NCBI GenBank assembly: GCA_049964975.1
Contig: JBMFWT010000002.1
Coordinates: 41,599-105,598 of the forward strand
Direction: 5' to 3'
Origin: Acidiphilium sp.
GTDB lineage: Bacteria > Pseudomonadota > Alphaproteobacteria > Acetobacterales > Acetobacteraceae
Length of the DNA stretch: 64,000 nt
The stretch's first letter is position 1, and the number at the start of each line of letters is the position of its first letter. The notes under the pieces were generated by a model. It saw only the letters and a program-made list of their open reading frames with translations. It was not told the origin of the DNA and did no database searches. The translations under genes were made by a program, and so were the position numbers. This document shows, in pieces, positions 42,949 through 53,478 of this stretch.

Positions 42949-45900
42949 TTGACCGCGCGCCTATCGCATCTGCGGATCGCTGGTTTCAAAAGCTTCGCCG
43001 AACCGGCGATGCTGGAGATTCTGCCCGGTCTGACCGGAATTATCGGGCCGAATGGCTGCGGTAAATCCAATATCGTGGATGCGTTACGCTGGGCGATGGG
43101 CGAGGCGAGTGCGAAATCGCTGCGGGGCGGCGAGATGGATGACGTGATTTTCGCGGGCACGGCCACACGCCCAGCGCGTAATCTCGCGGAGGTGACGCTC
43201 GGTTTGGCCGATGCGGCGGGCACCGCACCGGCGCCGTTTCAGGATGCGGATTCGATCGAGGTCTCCCGGCGGATCGAGCGTGGATCGGGCAGCACATACC
43301 GGCTGAACGGGCGGGAATTGCGGGCGCGCGACGTGGCGACGATGTTCGCCGATTTAGGGTCCGGGGCGCGCAGTGCCGGCATTATCAGTCAGAGCCGGGT
43401 GAGCGCGTTGATTGAGGCCCGACCTGAGGATCGGCGCGGGATTTTGGAAGAGGCGGCTGGCGTCGCCGGTTTGCACGCACGCCGGCACGAGGCGGAGCTG
43501 AAACTACGCGCCGCCGAGCAAAATTTGGCGCGGGCCGAGGAATTACGCGGCGAATCAGAAATTCGGCTGGAGGCGCTGCGCAAGCAGGCACGGCAGGCGG
43601 CGCGCTATCGCACCCTATCGGGCGCCATTCGCGATGCCGAACTGGAATCCACCGCCATTGAACGGGCTTTGGCGGAAGCCAACCGTGCCAAGGCGCATGA
43701 GGCGGTGCAGCAGGCCCGGACCGATGACGCCGCGTTGCGCCAGCAGGCGCGCGAAGCGGCGCAGGCGGCGGAGGGTGCAGATGCGGCCCTAGCCCCGCTG
43801 CGTGCGCGTGAAGCCGAACGTCGAACCGCCCTCGAACGGGCACGGATTGGCGCCGAGCAGGCCGAGGCAAGCATGCGGGCGGCGGCGGCGGCCCAGGTTG
43901 AGATTGGCCAACGGATGACCCAAATCGAGCGCGATTTGGAGCATGCCCAGCGGATTGGTCAGGATGCTGATGCCGCGATCCAGCGGCTGCGCAGTGAGAT
44001 CGCGCTGTTAGATCAGCGTTTGCACGACGCACCGGCGGCGATTGCTGCGGCTGAGGCGGCGTTGGCGGCGTCACTGCCCGCGTTGGCGGATGCGGAATCG
44101 AGCGTGGAGGCGGCGGCCGCCAATCTGGCCGGGCATAAGGCGGCGGCGGATGCTGCACAGCTTGCGTTCAATGCCGCACAGGAGCGGGCGAACCGCGCTG
44201 CCAGCCGCGCCCGTGACGCGGTCCGGGCGCATGAACAAGCGCTCGCCACGCTGATCCCGGCTGAACAATTGCAAGCGGCACGCGATCACGCCGTTGCTGC
44301 CGAGGCGACGCGGGACGCCGCCGAAGTAGCGCTGGACGCCGCGCGCCAACGCGCCGAGGCCAGTGAAGCGGCACGCGAAGCGGCCTCGCAGCAATTCGAT
44401 GCGGCGCGCCGCGCCGCGACCGAGGCCGAGGCCGCACTCTCGCGCATCACCGCCGAGCGTGATGGGTTGGTCGCGATGTTGGCGCAAAAATTTGGCCGAG
44501 ACAGCGCGCCGGTGCTCGACCAAATCAACGTCGCCGAAGGGTTGGAGACGGCATTGGGCGCAGCCTTGCCCGCAGAATTATCAGCCGGGCTTGATACGCA
44601 GGCGCCGCGTTTTTGGCGGGCTTTGCCGCTCCATAAACCGCGTGAGGGTGGGCTCGAGACGCTAAGCCGGTATGTATCCGCGCCCCCTGCCCTTGCCCGC
44701 GCATTCGATCATATTTTGCTGCTCCCTGAGGGGGGTGACGGTGCTTCGCTCCAAGAGATGCTGCAGCCGGGCGAGATTTTGGTGGGGCGCGATGGTGCCT
44801 TGTGGCGCTGGGATGGCTACACGATGCGCGCCGGCGCGCCGAGCGACGTCGCGACCCGGCTGGCGCAACGGAACCGGCTGGCGAAACTCAAGCGCGACCA
44901 TGCCGCCTGCACCCAAGCCGCAGAATCGGCTAAGGCCGCGCGCGAGGCCGCCAGCGTGCAAGAGCGAACGGCGCGTGATGAGGAAGCCGCTGCCCGTATG
45001 GCGCGCCGGGAGGCAGAGCAGCGCGTGGATCGGGTGCGCAGTGATGCCACCACCAAACTCGCCCAGGCCAATCGGATCGAGGCGGAAGCCGAACGTTTGG
45101 CGGCCCGCGTTGCGCCGTTGAGCGAGACGCGGGAGCGTTTTTCCCAAGAGAGCGCCGAAGCTGAGGCAGCCTTGCAGGCGGCCCAAGTGGCGCTGAGCGC
45201 GACGGGGGCGAGCGAGCCATTGCGTGCGGCCCTTGATCAGACGCGCGCGGCGGCCAGTGCGGCGCGCGTTGCAGAACAATCAGCGCGCAACGCGTTGACG
45301 CAGGCCCGTGATGAGGCGGAACGCGCTCGGTTGCGTCATGCGCAACTCACCAATGAGGCACCGCAATGGGCCGAGCGCGCCCGCGATGCGGCGGCACGCA
45401 TGGTCGATTTGCAGGCGCGCCTGCGAGAAGCCATGCAGCAGCGCGATCATTTGGCCCAAGCCCAGTCCGGCACCGAAGCGCGCGCGGATGCCGAGGCCGC
45501 TCTTACCCAAGCACGCGCCGCGCACGCAGAGGCTGCATCAGACCTAGCCGCGGCGGAGCGGACCGCGCGCGATCGGCAAGCGCAGGCGGCAGCGGCGGCA
45601 GCGGCGGAAGCTGCCGGTGCCGAGCGGCTGAATGCGGCGTTGGCCCGTGCCACCGAAGCGGATCACGCGTGGGGCAGCGTTGAGGAGCGGATTATCGGTC
45701 GGCTTGGGGCTAACCCTGCTTTGCCGGTGGTGATCGACCCGAGCCCCGAATCGGCTGAGCGCGCCCGGCGGCGTTTTGAGCGGCTGAGCCGTGAGCGCGA
45801 GGATATGGGGCCGGTGAATTTGCGCGCCGAGCAAGATGCTTTGGAAATCGAGACCGAAATTGACCGGATTGATCGGGAACGGGGCGAAATCGCTGAGGCG

Positions 45901-46452
45901 ATTGCCAAGCTGCGCGGCTCGATTGGGCATTTGAACCGCGAAGGGCGCGAGCGCCTGCGCGAAAAATTCCTGGAAATCGATCGGCATTTTCAGGCCTTGT
46001 TCCAGCGGATGTTTGGTGGCGGGCGCGCGCATCTGGCGCTGGTTGGCTCGGAAGACGCGCTCGAGGCGGGCCTTGAGATTTTCGCCGAACCGCCGGGCAA
46101 ACGGCCAGCCACCTTGTCGTTGCTGTCGGGCGGCGAGCAGGCGCTGACCGCTTTATCGCTGATTTTTGCCGCGTTTCGCTGCAACCCGGCGCCGGTTGCG
46201 GTGCTTGATGAGGTGGACGCGCCGTTGGACGACGCCAATGTCGAACGGTTTTGCTTGTTGCTGCGTGATGTGGAACGCGAAACCGGCACCCGGTTTTTGG
46301 TGGTCACCCATCATCATTTGACCATGGCGCGGATGGATCGGCTCTATGGCGTGACGATGCAGGAACGCGGCATTTCGCGCTTGCTCTCGGTTGACCTAAC
46401 GGCGGCGATTGAGCTGGCAGACGCGCCACGAGCATCGATTGCGGCGGAATAG
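42949..46452 (+). CDS. smc: Chromosome segregation protein SMC
   Basis: It has the Walker A motif GPNGCGKSN, long Ala/Glu/Arg-rich coiled coils and a hinge. The C-terminal signature LSGGEQALTAL and Walker B VLDEVDAPLD are present. The start is TTG. Confidence 0.95.
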   Translation: MTARLSHLRIAGFKSFAEPAMLEILPGLTGIIGPNGCGKSNIVDALRWAMGEASAKSLRGGEMDDVIFAGTATRPARNLAEVTLGLADAAGTAPAPFQDADSIEVSRRIERGSGSTYRLNGRELRARDVATMFADLGSGARSAGIISQSRVSALIEARPEDRRGILEEAAGVAGLHARRHEAELKLRAAEQNLARAEELRGESEIRLEALRKQARQAARYRTLSGAIRDAELESTAIERALAEANRAKAHEAVQQARTDDAALRQQAREAAQAAEGADAALAPLRAREAERRTALERARIGAEQAEASMRAAAAAQVEIGQRMTQIERDLEHAQRIGQDADAAIQRLRSEIALLDQRLHDAPAAIAAAEAALAASLPALADAESSVEAAAANLAGHKAAADAAQLAFNAAQERANRAASRARDAVRAHEQALATLIPAEQLQAARDHAVAAEATRDAAEVALDAARQRAEASEAAREAASQQFDAARRAATEAEAALSRITAERDGLVAMLAQKFGRDSAPVLDQINVAEGLETALGAALPAELSAGLDTQAPRFWRALPLHKPREGGLETLSRYVSAPPALARAFDHILLLPEGGDGASLQEMLQPGEILVGRDGALWRWDGYTMRAGAPSDVATRLAQRNRLAKLKRDHAACTQAAESAKAAREAASVQERTARDEEAAARMARREAEQRVDRVRSDATTKLAQANRIEAEAERLAARVAPLSETRERFSQESAEAEAALQAAQVALSATGASEPLRAALDQTRAAASAARVAEQSARNALTQARDEAERARLRHAQLTNEAPQWAERARDAAARMVDLQARLREAMQQRDHLAQAQSGTEARADAEAALTQARAAHAEAASDLAAAERTARDRQAQAAAAAAAEAAGAERLNAALARATEADHAWGSVEERIIGRLGANPALPVVIDPSPESAERARRRFERLSREREDMGPVNLRAEQDALEIETEIDRIDRERGEIAEAIAKLRGSIGHLNREGRERLREKFLEIDRHFQALFQRMFGGGRAHLALVGSEDALEAGLEIFAEPPGKRPATLSLLSGGEQALTALSLIFAAFRCNPAPVAVLDEVDAPLDDANVERFCLLLRDVERETGTRFLVVTHHHLTMARMDRLYGVTMQERGISRLLSVDLTAAIELADAPRASIAAE

Positions 46453-46580
46453 GGCGCTTTTTGATCGAATCATATTGATTTCGGCGCATATAATTTCATC
46501 GCGAGTGCGTGAGCGCATTGACTTCGCACGCGGCGCTCGGTAGCAAACGGCCGCAGCGGTTGTGCAGCAATTGAGGGCGC

Positions 46581-46928
46581 ATGGATCAGGACCATCGGAA
46601 GCGTGATGATCGCGCGGGCGATTCCTTTGACCAGCGACTAGAGGCTGCGCGGCTTCGTGCCGGCGTTAAGCAGGATGATGATCCGCAAGGGCATCAAGGG
46701 TCTGGCCAGAATACAGGGCCTAATCCGTTCAGCTTGGCGATGCGGATGGGGTCTGAGATGGTTGCGGCTATGGCGATTGCGGTGGCAATTGGCTACGGGC
46801 TGGACCGGCTATTTGGAACCAAGCCGTTGCTGATGATTATTTTCGTGCCGATTGGCGCGGCGGCAGGGATCGTGAATGTGATCAGATCGGCGGGAACGTC
46901 GCGTCAAGATCAGTCTGGAAAAGAGTAA
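46581..46928 (+). CDS. atpI: ATP synthase protein I-like (AtpI family)
   Basis: It is a small protein with two C-terminal TM helices directly upstream of atpB. Confidence 0.65.
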   Translation: MDQDHRKRDDRAGDSFDQRLEAARLRAGVKQDDDPQGHQGSGQNTGPNPFSLAMRMGSEMVAAMAIAVAIGYGLDRLFGTKPLLMIIFVPIGAAAGIVNVIRSAGTSRQDQSGKE

Positions 46929-46937
46929 AGGGAAGGA

Positions 46938-47699
46938 TTGCAGGTGGCGGGATCGGCTAAAATTGACGCGCTAGGGCAGTTTCATTTGATGCCAGGTATG
47001 GGCGCGATGGGACATATGACCGGCTTTGCCAATTCGAACCAAATGATGGTGGTTGCGGTCCTGTTGATTCTGTTCACCTTCGCAATGGCTTTGCGGCAAG
47101 CGGCGGTAGTGCCGGGCCGGATGCAGAACATCGCTGAAATGACCTATGAATTTGTGCATCACATGGTGATCGACACGGCAGGTCCGGAAGGCAAGAAATT
47201 CTTCCCCTTTGTGTTCACCCTGTTTTCCTTTATTTTGGTCGGTAATTTGCTGGGGTTGTTTCCCTATTTCTATGCGTTTACCAGCCAAATTGCGGTCACC
47301 GCCTCGCTCGCGCTGTTCGTGTTCGTGCTCACCACGGCGGTCGGTTTTTGGTATCACGGTTTGAAGTTTTTCAAACTTTTCGCGCCGCCCGGCATGCCGG
47401 TTTGGTTGCTGCCGCTGCTGATCCCGATTGAGGTAATCTCGTATTTGTCTCGCCCGATTTCACATTCGGTCCGACTATTCGCCAATATTACGGCGGGCCA
47501 TGTGATTTGGGAGGTTTTTGCCGGGTTCATGCTGATGCTGGCCGGCAGCTTCGGCGCGGCCGGGATTGTCGCCGCGATTGTGCCGCTTGGGTTCAATATT
47601 GCCATCACCGGGTTGGAATTATTGGTGGCAGCCTTGCAGGCCTACGTGTTTGCGATCCTGACATGCTTGTATCTCCACGACGCGATTTACTTGCACTGA
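46938..47699 (+). CDS. atpB: F0F1 ATP synthase subunit a
   Basis: It has the conserved motif SHSVRLFANITAGH. The start is TTG at 46938 or GTG at 46944, after a GGAAGGA SD. Confidence 0.95.
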   Translation: MQVAGSAKIDALGQFHLMPGMGAMGHMTGFANSNQMMVVAVLLILFTFAMALRQAAVVPGRMQNIAEMTYEFVHHMVIDTAGPEGKKFFPFVFTLFSFILVGNLLGLFPYFYAFTSQIAVTASLALFVFVLTTAVGFWYHGLKFFKLFAPPGMPVWLLPLLIPIEVISYLSRPISHSVRLFANITAGHVIWEVFAGFMLMLAGSFGAAGIVAAIVPLGFNIAITGLELLVAALQAYVFAILTCLYLHDAIYLH

Positions 47700-47755
47700 G
47701 GTTTTGGCGCGTTTTTTCGTTATCTTGCTCTGTTTTCTCTTGAAAGGAACTCTCC

Positions 47756-47989
47756 ATGGTTATCGATACTGCCCTGCTTGCGCGTGACATTGGTGCTGGC
47801 CTTGCGACCATTGGCGTTGCCGGTTCGGGCGTGGGTATTGGCAATTTGTTTGGTGCCTTCGTCTCGGCCTCGGGCCGCAACCCGGCGGCGCGTGATCGGC
47901 TGTTCCGCGATGTGTTGCTGGGCTTTGCCTTGACCGAGGCGATTGCGTTGTTCGCACTGATCATCGCGTTCTTGATCTTGTTCGCCTAA
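47756..47989 (+). CDS. atpE: F0F1 ATP synthase subunit c
   Basis: It is a two-helix hairpin with a GxGxGxG-like loop and the conserved carboxylate in [10 protein letters not shown]. Confidence 0.93.
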   Translation: MVIDTALLARDIGAGLATIGVAGSGVGIGNLFGAFVSASGRNPAARDRLFRDVLLGFALTEAIALFALIIAFLILFA

Positions 47990-47993
47990 GTCG

Positions 47994-48572
47994 TTGCGGA
48001 TGAAAGTGCGCCTCCTTTCCAGCCCGACAACGCTGGGGCTTTTGCTCCTGACTTTGCCGGTGCGCGGCTACGCGGCCAATAAAATGCCGCAGCTCGATTT
48101 CGCCAATCCGCTCACCACCTCGCAGTTGGTGTGGATGGCGGTGATTTTGGTCATCCTCTATTTGGCCTTGTCACGCTGGGCGTTGCCGCGCGTTGGTCAA
48201 GTTCTAGAAGATCGGGCCAAGCGAATCGAGACGGATTTGGCGGTTGCAAAGCAAGCGCGTGACGCTGCTGAACAAGCGGTGGAAGCGTTGAACCGGGCGA
48301 TCAAGGCCGCACGCGATGCGAGCCAAGCAACAATTGCCGAGGCCGTCGCCAAGGCGAAAGCCGAGGCGCGGGCGCATGCCGACGCGCAGAATGCACGATT
48401 AATGGCTCAAATCGCGCAATCGGAAGCCGCCATCGAGCAATCGCGGGCGGCGGCGATGGCAAGCTTACCTTCTGTTGCCGAGGATGTTGCCAACGCGCTG
48501 GTGCAACGGCTGACCGGTGCGCCTGCGGATCGCGCATTGCTGGGTCGCGCACTCGCGCAGGCGCAGGGATAA
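47994..48572 (+). CDS. F0F1 ATP synthase subunit b'
   Basis: It has a single N-terminal TM segment and a long Ala/Glu-rich helix. It is the first of two tandem b-type genes, as in alphaproteobacteria. The ATG at 48000 is the likely start. Confidence 0.8.
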   Translation: MRMKVRLLSSPTTLGLLLLTLPVRGYAANKMPQLDFANPLTTSQLVWMAVILVILYLALSRWALPRVGQVLEDRAKRIETDLAVAKQARDAAEQAVEALNRAIKAARDASQATIAEAVAKAKAEARAHADAQNARLMAQIAQSEAAIEQSRAAAMASLPSVAEDVANALVQRLTGAPADRALLGRALAQAQG

Positions 48573-48584
48573 AGGGACAGCGCA

Positions 48585-49103
48585 ATGGAATATGCTGATT
48601 TTCACGGCGTTTTTTGGGAAAAGGGCGCGTTCTGGGTCACCGTCGCGGTGGTCATTTTCGCGGTCGTTTTCGGGCGCAAAATTACCGGTGCCATTGTCAG
48701 CATGCTCGATCAACGTAGCGCTGCGATCGCGGCTGCGTTGCAGGAGGCGGCCAATTTGCGCGCTGAGGCGGAGGCTATGCTGAAGGACGCGGAGCGCCGC
48801 CGCGCCGAGGCCGAGGCCCGTGCGCAGGCCATGATCGCTGCCGCTGCGCATGAGGCCGAACATATGGCCGCCGAATTTATGAAAGACGCTGAATTGCAAG
48901 CCAAACGGCGCGAACGCATGGCGCTTGATCGGATTGCGGCGGCGGAAGCCTCGGCGGTGGCTGAATTGCGGGCGCGGGCGACCGATTTGGCGGTGCGGGC
49001 CACCGAGATCTCGCTCCGCGAAACGGTCGACGCGGAGCATGATCGCGCCATGATTGATCAAGCAATTTCGGGCCTGCCCACCGCGTTTCGCCGCAGCGCC
49101 TGA
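48585..49103 (+). CDS. atpF: F0F1 ATP synthase subunit b
   Basis: It has a single TM segment and a long charged helix. It is the second b-type gene. Confidence 0.85.
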   Translation: MEYADFHGVFWEKGAFWVTVAVVIFAVVFGRKITGAIVSMLDQRSAAIAAALQEAANLRAEAEAMLKDAERRRAEAEARAQAMIAAAAHEAEHMAAEFMKDAELQAKRRERMALDRIAAAEASAVAELRARATDLAVRATEISLRETVDAEHDRAMIDQAISGLPTAFRRSA

Positions 49104-49223
49104 GGCGCGGGCGAGCAGCGCCGATGCGCGGATGGCATGGCGCATCCCGCACCAAACCGGTATAGCCGAACTATGAATAAGCGCGGCACCCCTGCCCCGC
49201 TTTCATTAATCCACGAGGTCACC

Positions 49224-49988
49224 ATGGCACGGCGCCGTCAACTCTATGAAGGTAAAGCGAAAATTCTGTTCGAGGGTCCGGAGCCGGGCACACTTGTGCA
49301 GTATTTCAAAGATGACGCGACCGCATTTAATGCGCAAAAGAAGGGGACCATCACCGGCAAGGGGGTGCTCAATAACCGGATTAGCGAGTTTTTGATGCAA
49401 CGCATCGCCGAAATCGGGGTTCCGACCCATTTCGTGCGCCGGCTGAATATGCGCGAGCAACTGATCCGCGAAGTGGAAATCATTCCCATTGAGGTGGTGG
49501 TGCGCAATATCGCGGCGGGTAGCCTCGCAACCCGGCTTGGCATTGCCGAGGGCACTCGATTACCGCGCAGCATCGTTGAATATTACTACAAGAATGACGC
49601 GCTGAATGATCCGATGGTCTCAGAAGAGCATATCAGCGCCTTTGGCTGGGCCAGCGCGCAAGACATGGATGATATCGTCCATATGACGCTGCGGATTAAT
49701 GATTTTCTGACCGGATTATTTCTGGGTGTGGGTATCAGCCTGGTTGATTTCAAAGTCGAGTTTGGTCGGCTTTGGGAAGGCGAGGACATGCGGATTGTCC
49801 TCGCAGACGAGATTAGCCCCGATAATTGCCGGTTATGGGACACGAAAACCAACGAAAAAATGGATAAGGATCGGTTCCGGCGCGATTTGGGTAAGGTTGA
49901 AGAGGCCTATCAGGAAGTCGCCAAGCGGCTGGGAATTCTGCCCGAGGCCGGCGTGCGCGACTTAAAGGGGCCGGAGATGATGCAGTGA
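49224..49988 (+). CDS. purC: Phosphoribosylaminoimidazole-succinocarboxamide synthase
   Basis: It has the motifs [10 protein letters not shown] and [19 protein letters not shown] precedes the ATG at 49224. Confidence 0.95.
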   Translation: MARRRQLYEGKAKILFEGPEPGTLVQYFKDDATAFNAQKKGTITGKGVLNNRISEFLMQRIAEIGVPTHFVRRLNMREQLIREVEIIPIEVVVRNIAAGSLATRLGIAEGTRLPRSIVEYYYKNDALNDPMVSEEHISAFGWASAQDMDDIVHMTLRINDFLTGLFLGVGISLVDFKVEFGRLWEGEDMRIVLADEISPDNCRLWDTKTNEKMDKDRFRRDLGKVEEAYQEVAKRLGILPEAGVRDLKGPEMMQ

Positions 49989-49998
49989 GGAAGGCGCG

Positions 49999-50238
49999 AT
50001 GAAGCTGATTGTCACGGTAATGCTCAAAGACGGCGTGCTGGACCCACAGGGCAAAGCGATTGGGCATGCGCTTGAAGGGCTTGGATTTGCCGGTCTTGGC
50101 GAGGTGCGGGTCGGCAAGGTGATTACGCTCGATATCGCCGAGACCGACCCTGAGCGCGCCCGTGCGCAAGGCGAGGCAATGGCGCGCAAACTCCTGGCCA
50201 ACACCGTGATCGAACGGTTTGAAATCGCGCTTGGCTAG
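49999..50238 (+). CDS. purS: Phosphoribosylformylglycinamidine synthase subunit PurS
   Basis: It is 79 aa with the motif LKDGVLDPQGKAI...L. Confidence 0.92.
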   Translation: MKLIVTVMLKDGVLDPQGKAIGHALEGLGFAGLGEVRVGKVITLDIAETDPERARAQGEAMARKLLANTVIERFEIALG

Positions 50239-50317
50239 GCGATAGACAGCGGTTGCAGCCGCGGGCCCCATTGCCCATGTTTTCTGACATGAGCCAGGAC
50301 ATGTTCGTCGGTATCGT

Positions 50318-51568
50318 TTGGTGATCACGCGTTTGTCAGCCAATGTGCGTGATGGGCGCATGCGCGTCATACGTCTGCGCAATCGGTTGTACCGACAAGT
50401 GCGGATGGATATTTGGTTTCCGCAGGTGCCGCTCGCGCTGGCCGTGGGTGGCGCCGGGGCGTTCGCCCTGCTGCCGACGATCCGGCATTTTGCGGCCCAG
50501 TATCTGCATCTGCATCTGGCAAAATTATTTGACGCGCTACACCCTATTTCTGGGGCCATCCCCGCACTGATCCTGTCCGGCGTACCGAGTGCGGTTGTTG
50601 GGCTTCTGCAGGTGTTGATCGCGCTCGGATTGCTGGGCCGCTCGCGCATCGCCTGGCTCTCGGCGATCGGCATGACCCTGTCGCAGTTGGTGCTGGCCGT
50701 GCATAATGGTGGCGCGATCATCACCAACCAATCGCTCTATGTGATTGTGTTGCTGTGTTTTTTGGTGGTGTTTCGCCGCAGCTTTCAGCGATCATCGCTC
50801 GCCGCCAGCACCTTATTCGCTCTTGCCTCGGTTATTGTGCTGCTGATTTATGGGGTGCTGGGCGCATTTTTGCTGGGCGCTGGGTTTTCACCGCCGATCA
50901 CGACCTTGCCCGAAGCACTCTATTTCGAAATAGAAACGATGTCGACGGTGGGATACGGCGATATCGTGCCGCATAGCTTGGATGCACGATTTTTTGTGAT
51001 TTCGCTGATCGTCCTGGGTCTGACCGTTTTCGCAACGGCGTTAACGGCGGTGCTCGGGCCGGTGCTGCAAAATCAGATTACCCGCACTCTTGGTGAACGG
51101 AAACGAAAAATGCCCCATGTCAATCATTTCATCATCGCGGGCGATGGCGTGCTCGCGCGCAATACCGCGCGCGAACTGCGCAATCGCGGTGAGCCGGTGG
51201 TCGCGATTATTGAGGTTGAGAGCAGCCTCTATGGCGATGCCGAGATTATTCTCGGCGATGCCACTGATCTTGAGACGTTGCGCGCCGCAGGGGCAACGGT
51301 CGCGAAGGCAATTCTGGCCTTGTCCGATGATGATTCGGAAAACGCGTTTGTCATTCTCGCTGCGCGCGAGCTTGGCACCGAGGCGAAGCTGGTGGCCGCC
51401 GTCAGTTCGCGCAAAAATATCGACCGCGTGCGCCGGGTGCATCCGGACATGATCTTTGCGGCACCTGTGTTTGGCAGCGAATTCCTGGCCATGGCGCTGA
51501 CCGAGCAAAAAATCGACGGCGAGTGGCTGATCAGCCGGATGCTCGATGCCAATCAAGCCACGAGCTAA
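50318..51568 (+). CDS. Potassium channel with a C-terminal RCK/TrkA-N domain
   Basis: It has the selectivity filter TVGYGD, several TM helices and the Rossmann-like motif IIAGDGVLARN. The true start may be an internal ATG (50360 or 50405). Confidence 0.85.
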   Translation: MVITRLSANVRDGRMRVIRLRNRLYRQVRMDIWFPQVPLALAVGGAGAFALLPTIRHFAAQYLHLHLAKLFDALHPISGAIPALILSGVPSAVVGLLQVLIALGLLGRSRIAWLSAIGMTLSQLVLAVHNGGAIITNQSLYVIVLLCFLVVFRRSFQRSSLAASTLFALASVIVLLIYGVLGAFLLGAGFSPPITTLPEALYFEIETMSTVGYGDIVPHSLDARFFVISLIVLGLTVFATALTAVLGPVLQNQITRTLGERKRKMPHVNHFIIAGDGVLARNTARELRNRGEPVVAIIEVESSLYGDAEIILGDATDLETLRAAGATVAKAILALSDDDSENAFVILAARELGTEAKLVAAVSSRKNIDRVRRVHPDMIFAAPVFGSEFLAMALTEQKIDGEWLISRMLDANQATS

Positions 51569-51618
51569 AAATTTAACGTGGGGAAGCGATATGCGTGGGC
51601 GCGATCAACTCAGCCACA

Positions 51619-53475
51619 TTACGGATTGTTGCGAGTCGCACTTTTCGCCGCCGTATTGACCAAGGTTGCGCCAACCGTGATGCCGTGGTCATCGAGCATT
51701 TGATCGAGGGCCGAATTCAGGGCGGTGGCGAAATGGTGCACCGGTTCCTCGGCGGGCCGGGCGAAGGGAAAAATCTGCTGCGCGCTGGCGATCACCAGCA
51801 CCATATCGGTGCCATAGGGGGGGCCGACATGGCCGAGGGGTAGCGTGCTGGTGTTGGGCGCTATGAACGGCGTGAGCGTCTTTGGTGGCGGCAGATGATA
51901 GACCGTGCCATTACTCGAGACGTAATCGATTTCCAGAAATTTGGTGTAGGCAGGCAATGACAGGCGGAGCGTGATCGCCTGCCCCTTGGTGAGCAGAGCG
52001 GCACCGCTCGCCAGCGCGACATGGGCTTGCTCATTCGGCGGCAAGATCGTGCCTTTGTATAAATTCAGGGCGGTCAATAACGCGCAGTAAGGTCCATCGA
52101 AGCGCGCGACATTGTCCTGCGCGGGCATCGGGATTGTAGGAAGCCCCGCATAAATCGCGGCGGCTTGCCGGGTCGAGGCGATGCCGTTCAGTGTCACTCG
52201 ATCATCGGCAATGGTGGCATGAACCACCGAGCACGTGGCTGGCGCCACTAATTCCTCGATCTTCGCCTTGGTCATCGTTTTTAACATCATGGCTTTACCG
52301 GCGGGCGAGATTGCAGGAGCCTGAGTAGGGGAAGACGCTTGAGAAACGGGCGGCGGCGCCTGTGGATGCGCGGGCGCGGGCACGGGCGGGGGCGATGGTT
52401 GGAGCAAGAAGAAAGCCGCGACGCCGAGCGCCAGCACAGCAGCAGCAGCAGCACCGCCGCCGATCAAAACCATCCGCTTACCGGAGGGGCTTGGCGCCGA
52501 GGAAGCTGGCGGGTCTGGCGGGCGCACCGCGCTGGCGGAGGAGGTGGTGGCCGCCGATGCCCGGCGCGTCAGATTACTGGCGATCATCGTCGCGTCAGAA
52601 TAGTCCTCAAACCCACTAACCGGCGCAAGCGGCGCTTGGGGTCGTGCGGCAACTGGTTCCATCGCCTGCTTGATCGCGTCACTGAACGCGCTAGCGGAAT
52701 CAAATCGATCTTCAGGCCGTTTCGCCATGGCTTTCGCAACAACCGCATCCAGCGCCGCCGGCACCGCAATGGACAAGGCCGATGGAGCTGGCGGCTCGGT
52801 GTTCAGCACCTTATGCATCACCGAGGTCACGCTGCCTTCGAATGGTTTTTCCCCGGTCAATAATTGGTACATTAACACGCCGCACGAATATAAATCGGTG
52901 CGCGCATCGACCGTTTGCCCCATAAATTGCTCGGGCGACATGTAGGACGGGGTGCCGATCATGGTGCCAGCCTGGGTCATGCTCGAGCTCTCGATGCGCG
53001 CAACCCCAAAATCGGCAAGTTTGATCTGACCATTATCGGTCATCATCACATTGGCGGGCTTGATATCGCGATGAATCACGCCGTTCGCATGGCTGTATGC
53101 GAGACCGTTGAGCAGTTCGGTCATGATCCGCGCGACATCAGGCACGGTGAACCGATCACCGCGATCCAGAAACGATTTCAGCGTCGCGCCAGAGACAAAT
53201 TCCATCACGATGTAAGCGACGCCATCAGCCTCGCCAGTATCGAAAACCCCCACGATGTTTGGGTGGCTCAGCCGTCCCGCCGCCTGCGCTTCGCGCTGAA
53301 ACCGCGCAAGATCCTCATGGGCCTCAACATCGTCTGGATCGGGAACGCGCACCGTCTTGATCGCGACGCGGCGGGCAATGATCGGGTCATACCCCTCATA
53401 GACAACGCCCATGGCCCCGCGTCCGAGCGTGCGCTTGATCTCGTATTTGCCCAGCCGTTCCAGATCCATCGCCAC
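51619..53475 (-). CDS. Transmembrane Hanks-type Ser/Thr protein kinase with an extracytoplasmic C-terminal domain
   Basis: The kinase motifs are GRGAMGVV, VAIK (K40), HRDIKPAN (D137), DFG (155-157) and SPEQ. One TM segment covers aa 335-358, followed by a Pro-rich linker and a domain of about 220 aa with 2 Cys. Confidence 0.9.
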   Translation of the reverse strand: MAMDLERLGKYEIKRTLGRGAMGVVYEGYDPIIARRVAIKTVRVPDPDDVEAHEDLARFQREAQAAGRLSHPNIVGVFDTGEADGVAYIVMEFVSGATLKSFLDRGDRFTVPDVARIMTELLNGLAYSHANGVIHRDIKPANVMMTDNGQIKLADFGVARIESSSMTQAGTMIGTPSYMSPEQFMGQTVDARTDLYSCGVLMYQLLTGEKPFEGSVTSVMHKVLNTEPPAPSALSIAVPAALDAVVAKAMAKRPEDRFDSASAFSDAIKQAMEPVAARPQAPLAPVSGFEDYSDATMIASNLTRRASAATTSSASAVRPPDPPASSAPSPSGKRMVLIGGGAAAAAVLALGVAAFFLLQPSPPPVPAPAHPQAPPPVSQASSPTQAPAISPAGKAMMLKTMTKAKIEELVAPATCSVVHATIADDRVTLNGIASTRQAAAIYAGLPTIPMPAQDNVARFDGPYCALLTALNLYKGTILPPNEQAHVALASGAALLTKGQAITLRLSLPAYTKFLEIDYVSSNGTVYHLPPPKTLTPFIAPNTSTLPLGHVGPPYGTDMVLVIASAQQIFPFARPAEEPVHHFATALNSALDQMLDDHGITVGATLVNTAAKSATRNNP

Positions 53476-53478
53476 AGG

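Noticed and set aside
46465-46490. TTGATCGAATCAT upstream of atpI looked like an FNR-type box, and there is a TATAAT hexamer nearby.
   Set aside because: The spacer is 3 nt rather than 4 and the half-sites are imperfect. The TTGATT/TATAAT spacing (8 nt) is wrong for a sigma-70 promoter.
49813-50727. A 304-aa minus-strand ORF spans purC, purS and the K+ channel start.
   Set aside because: It is antisense to three well-supported genes and crosses their intergenic regions. It has no motifs and a low-complexity composition.
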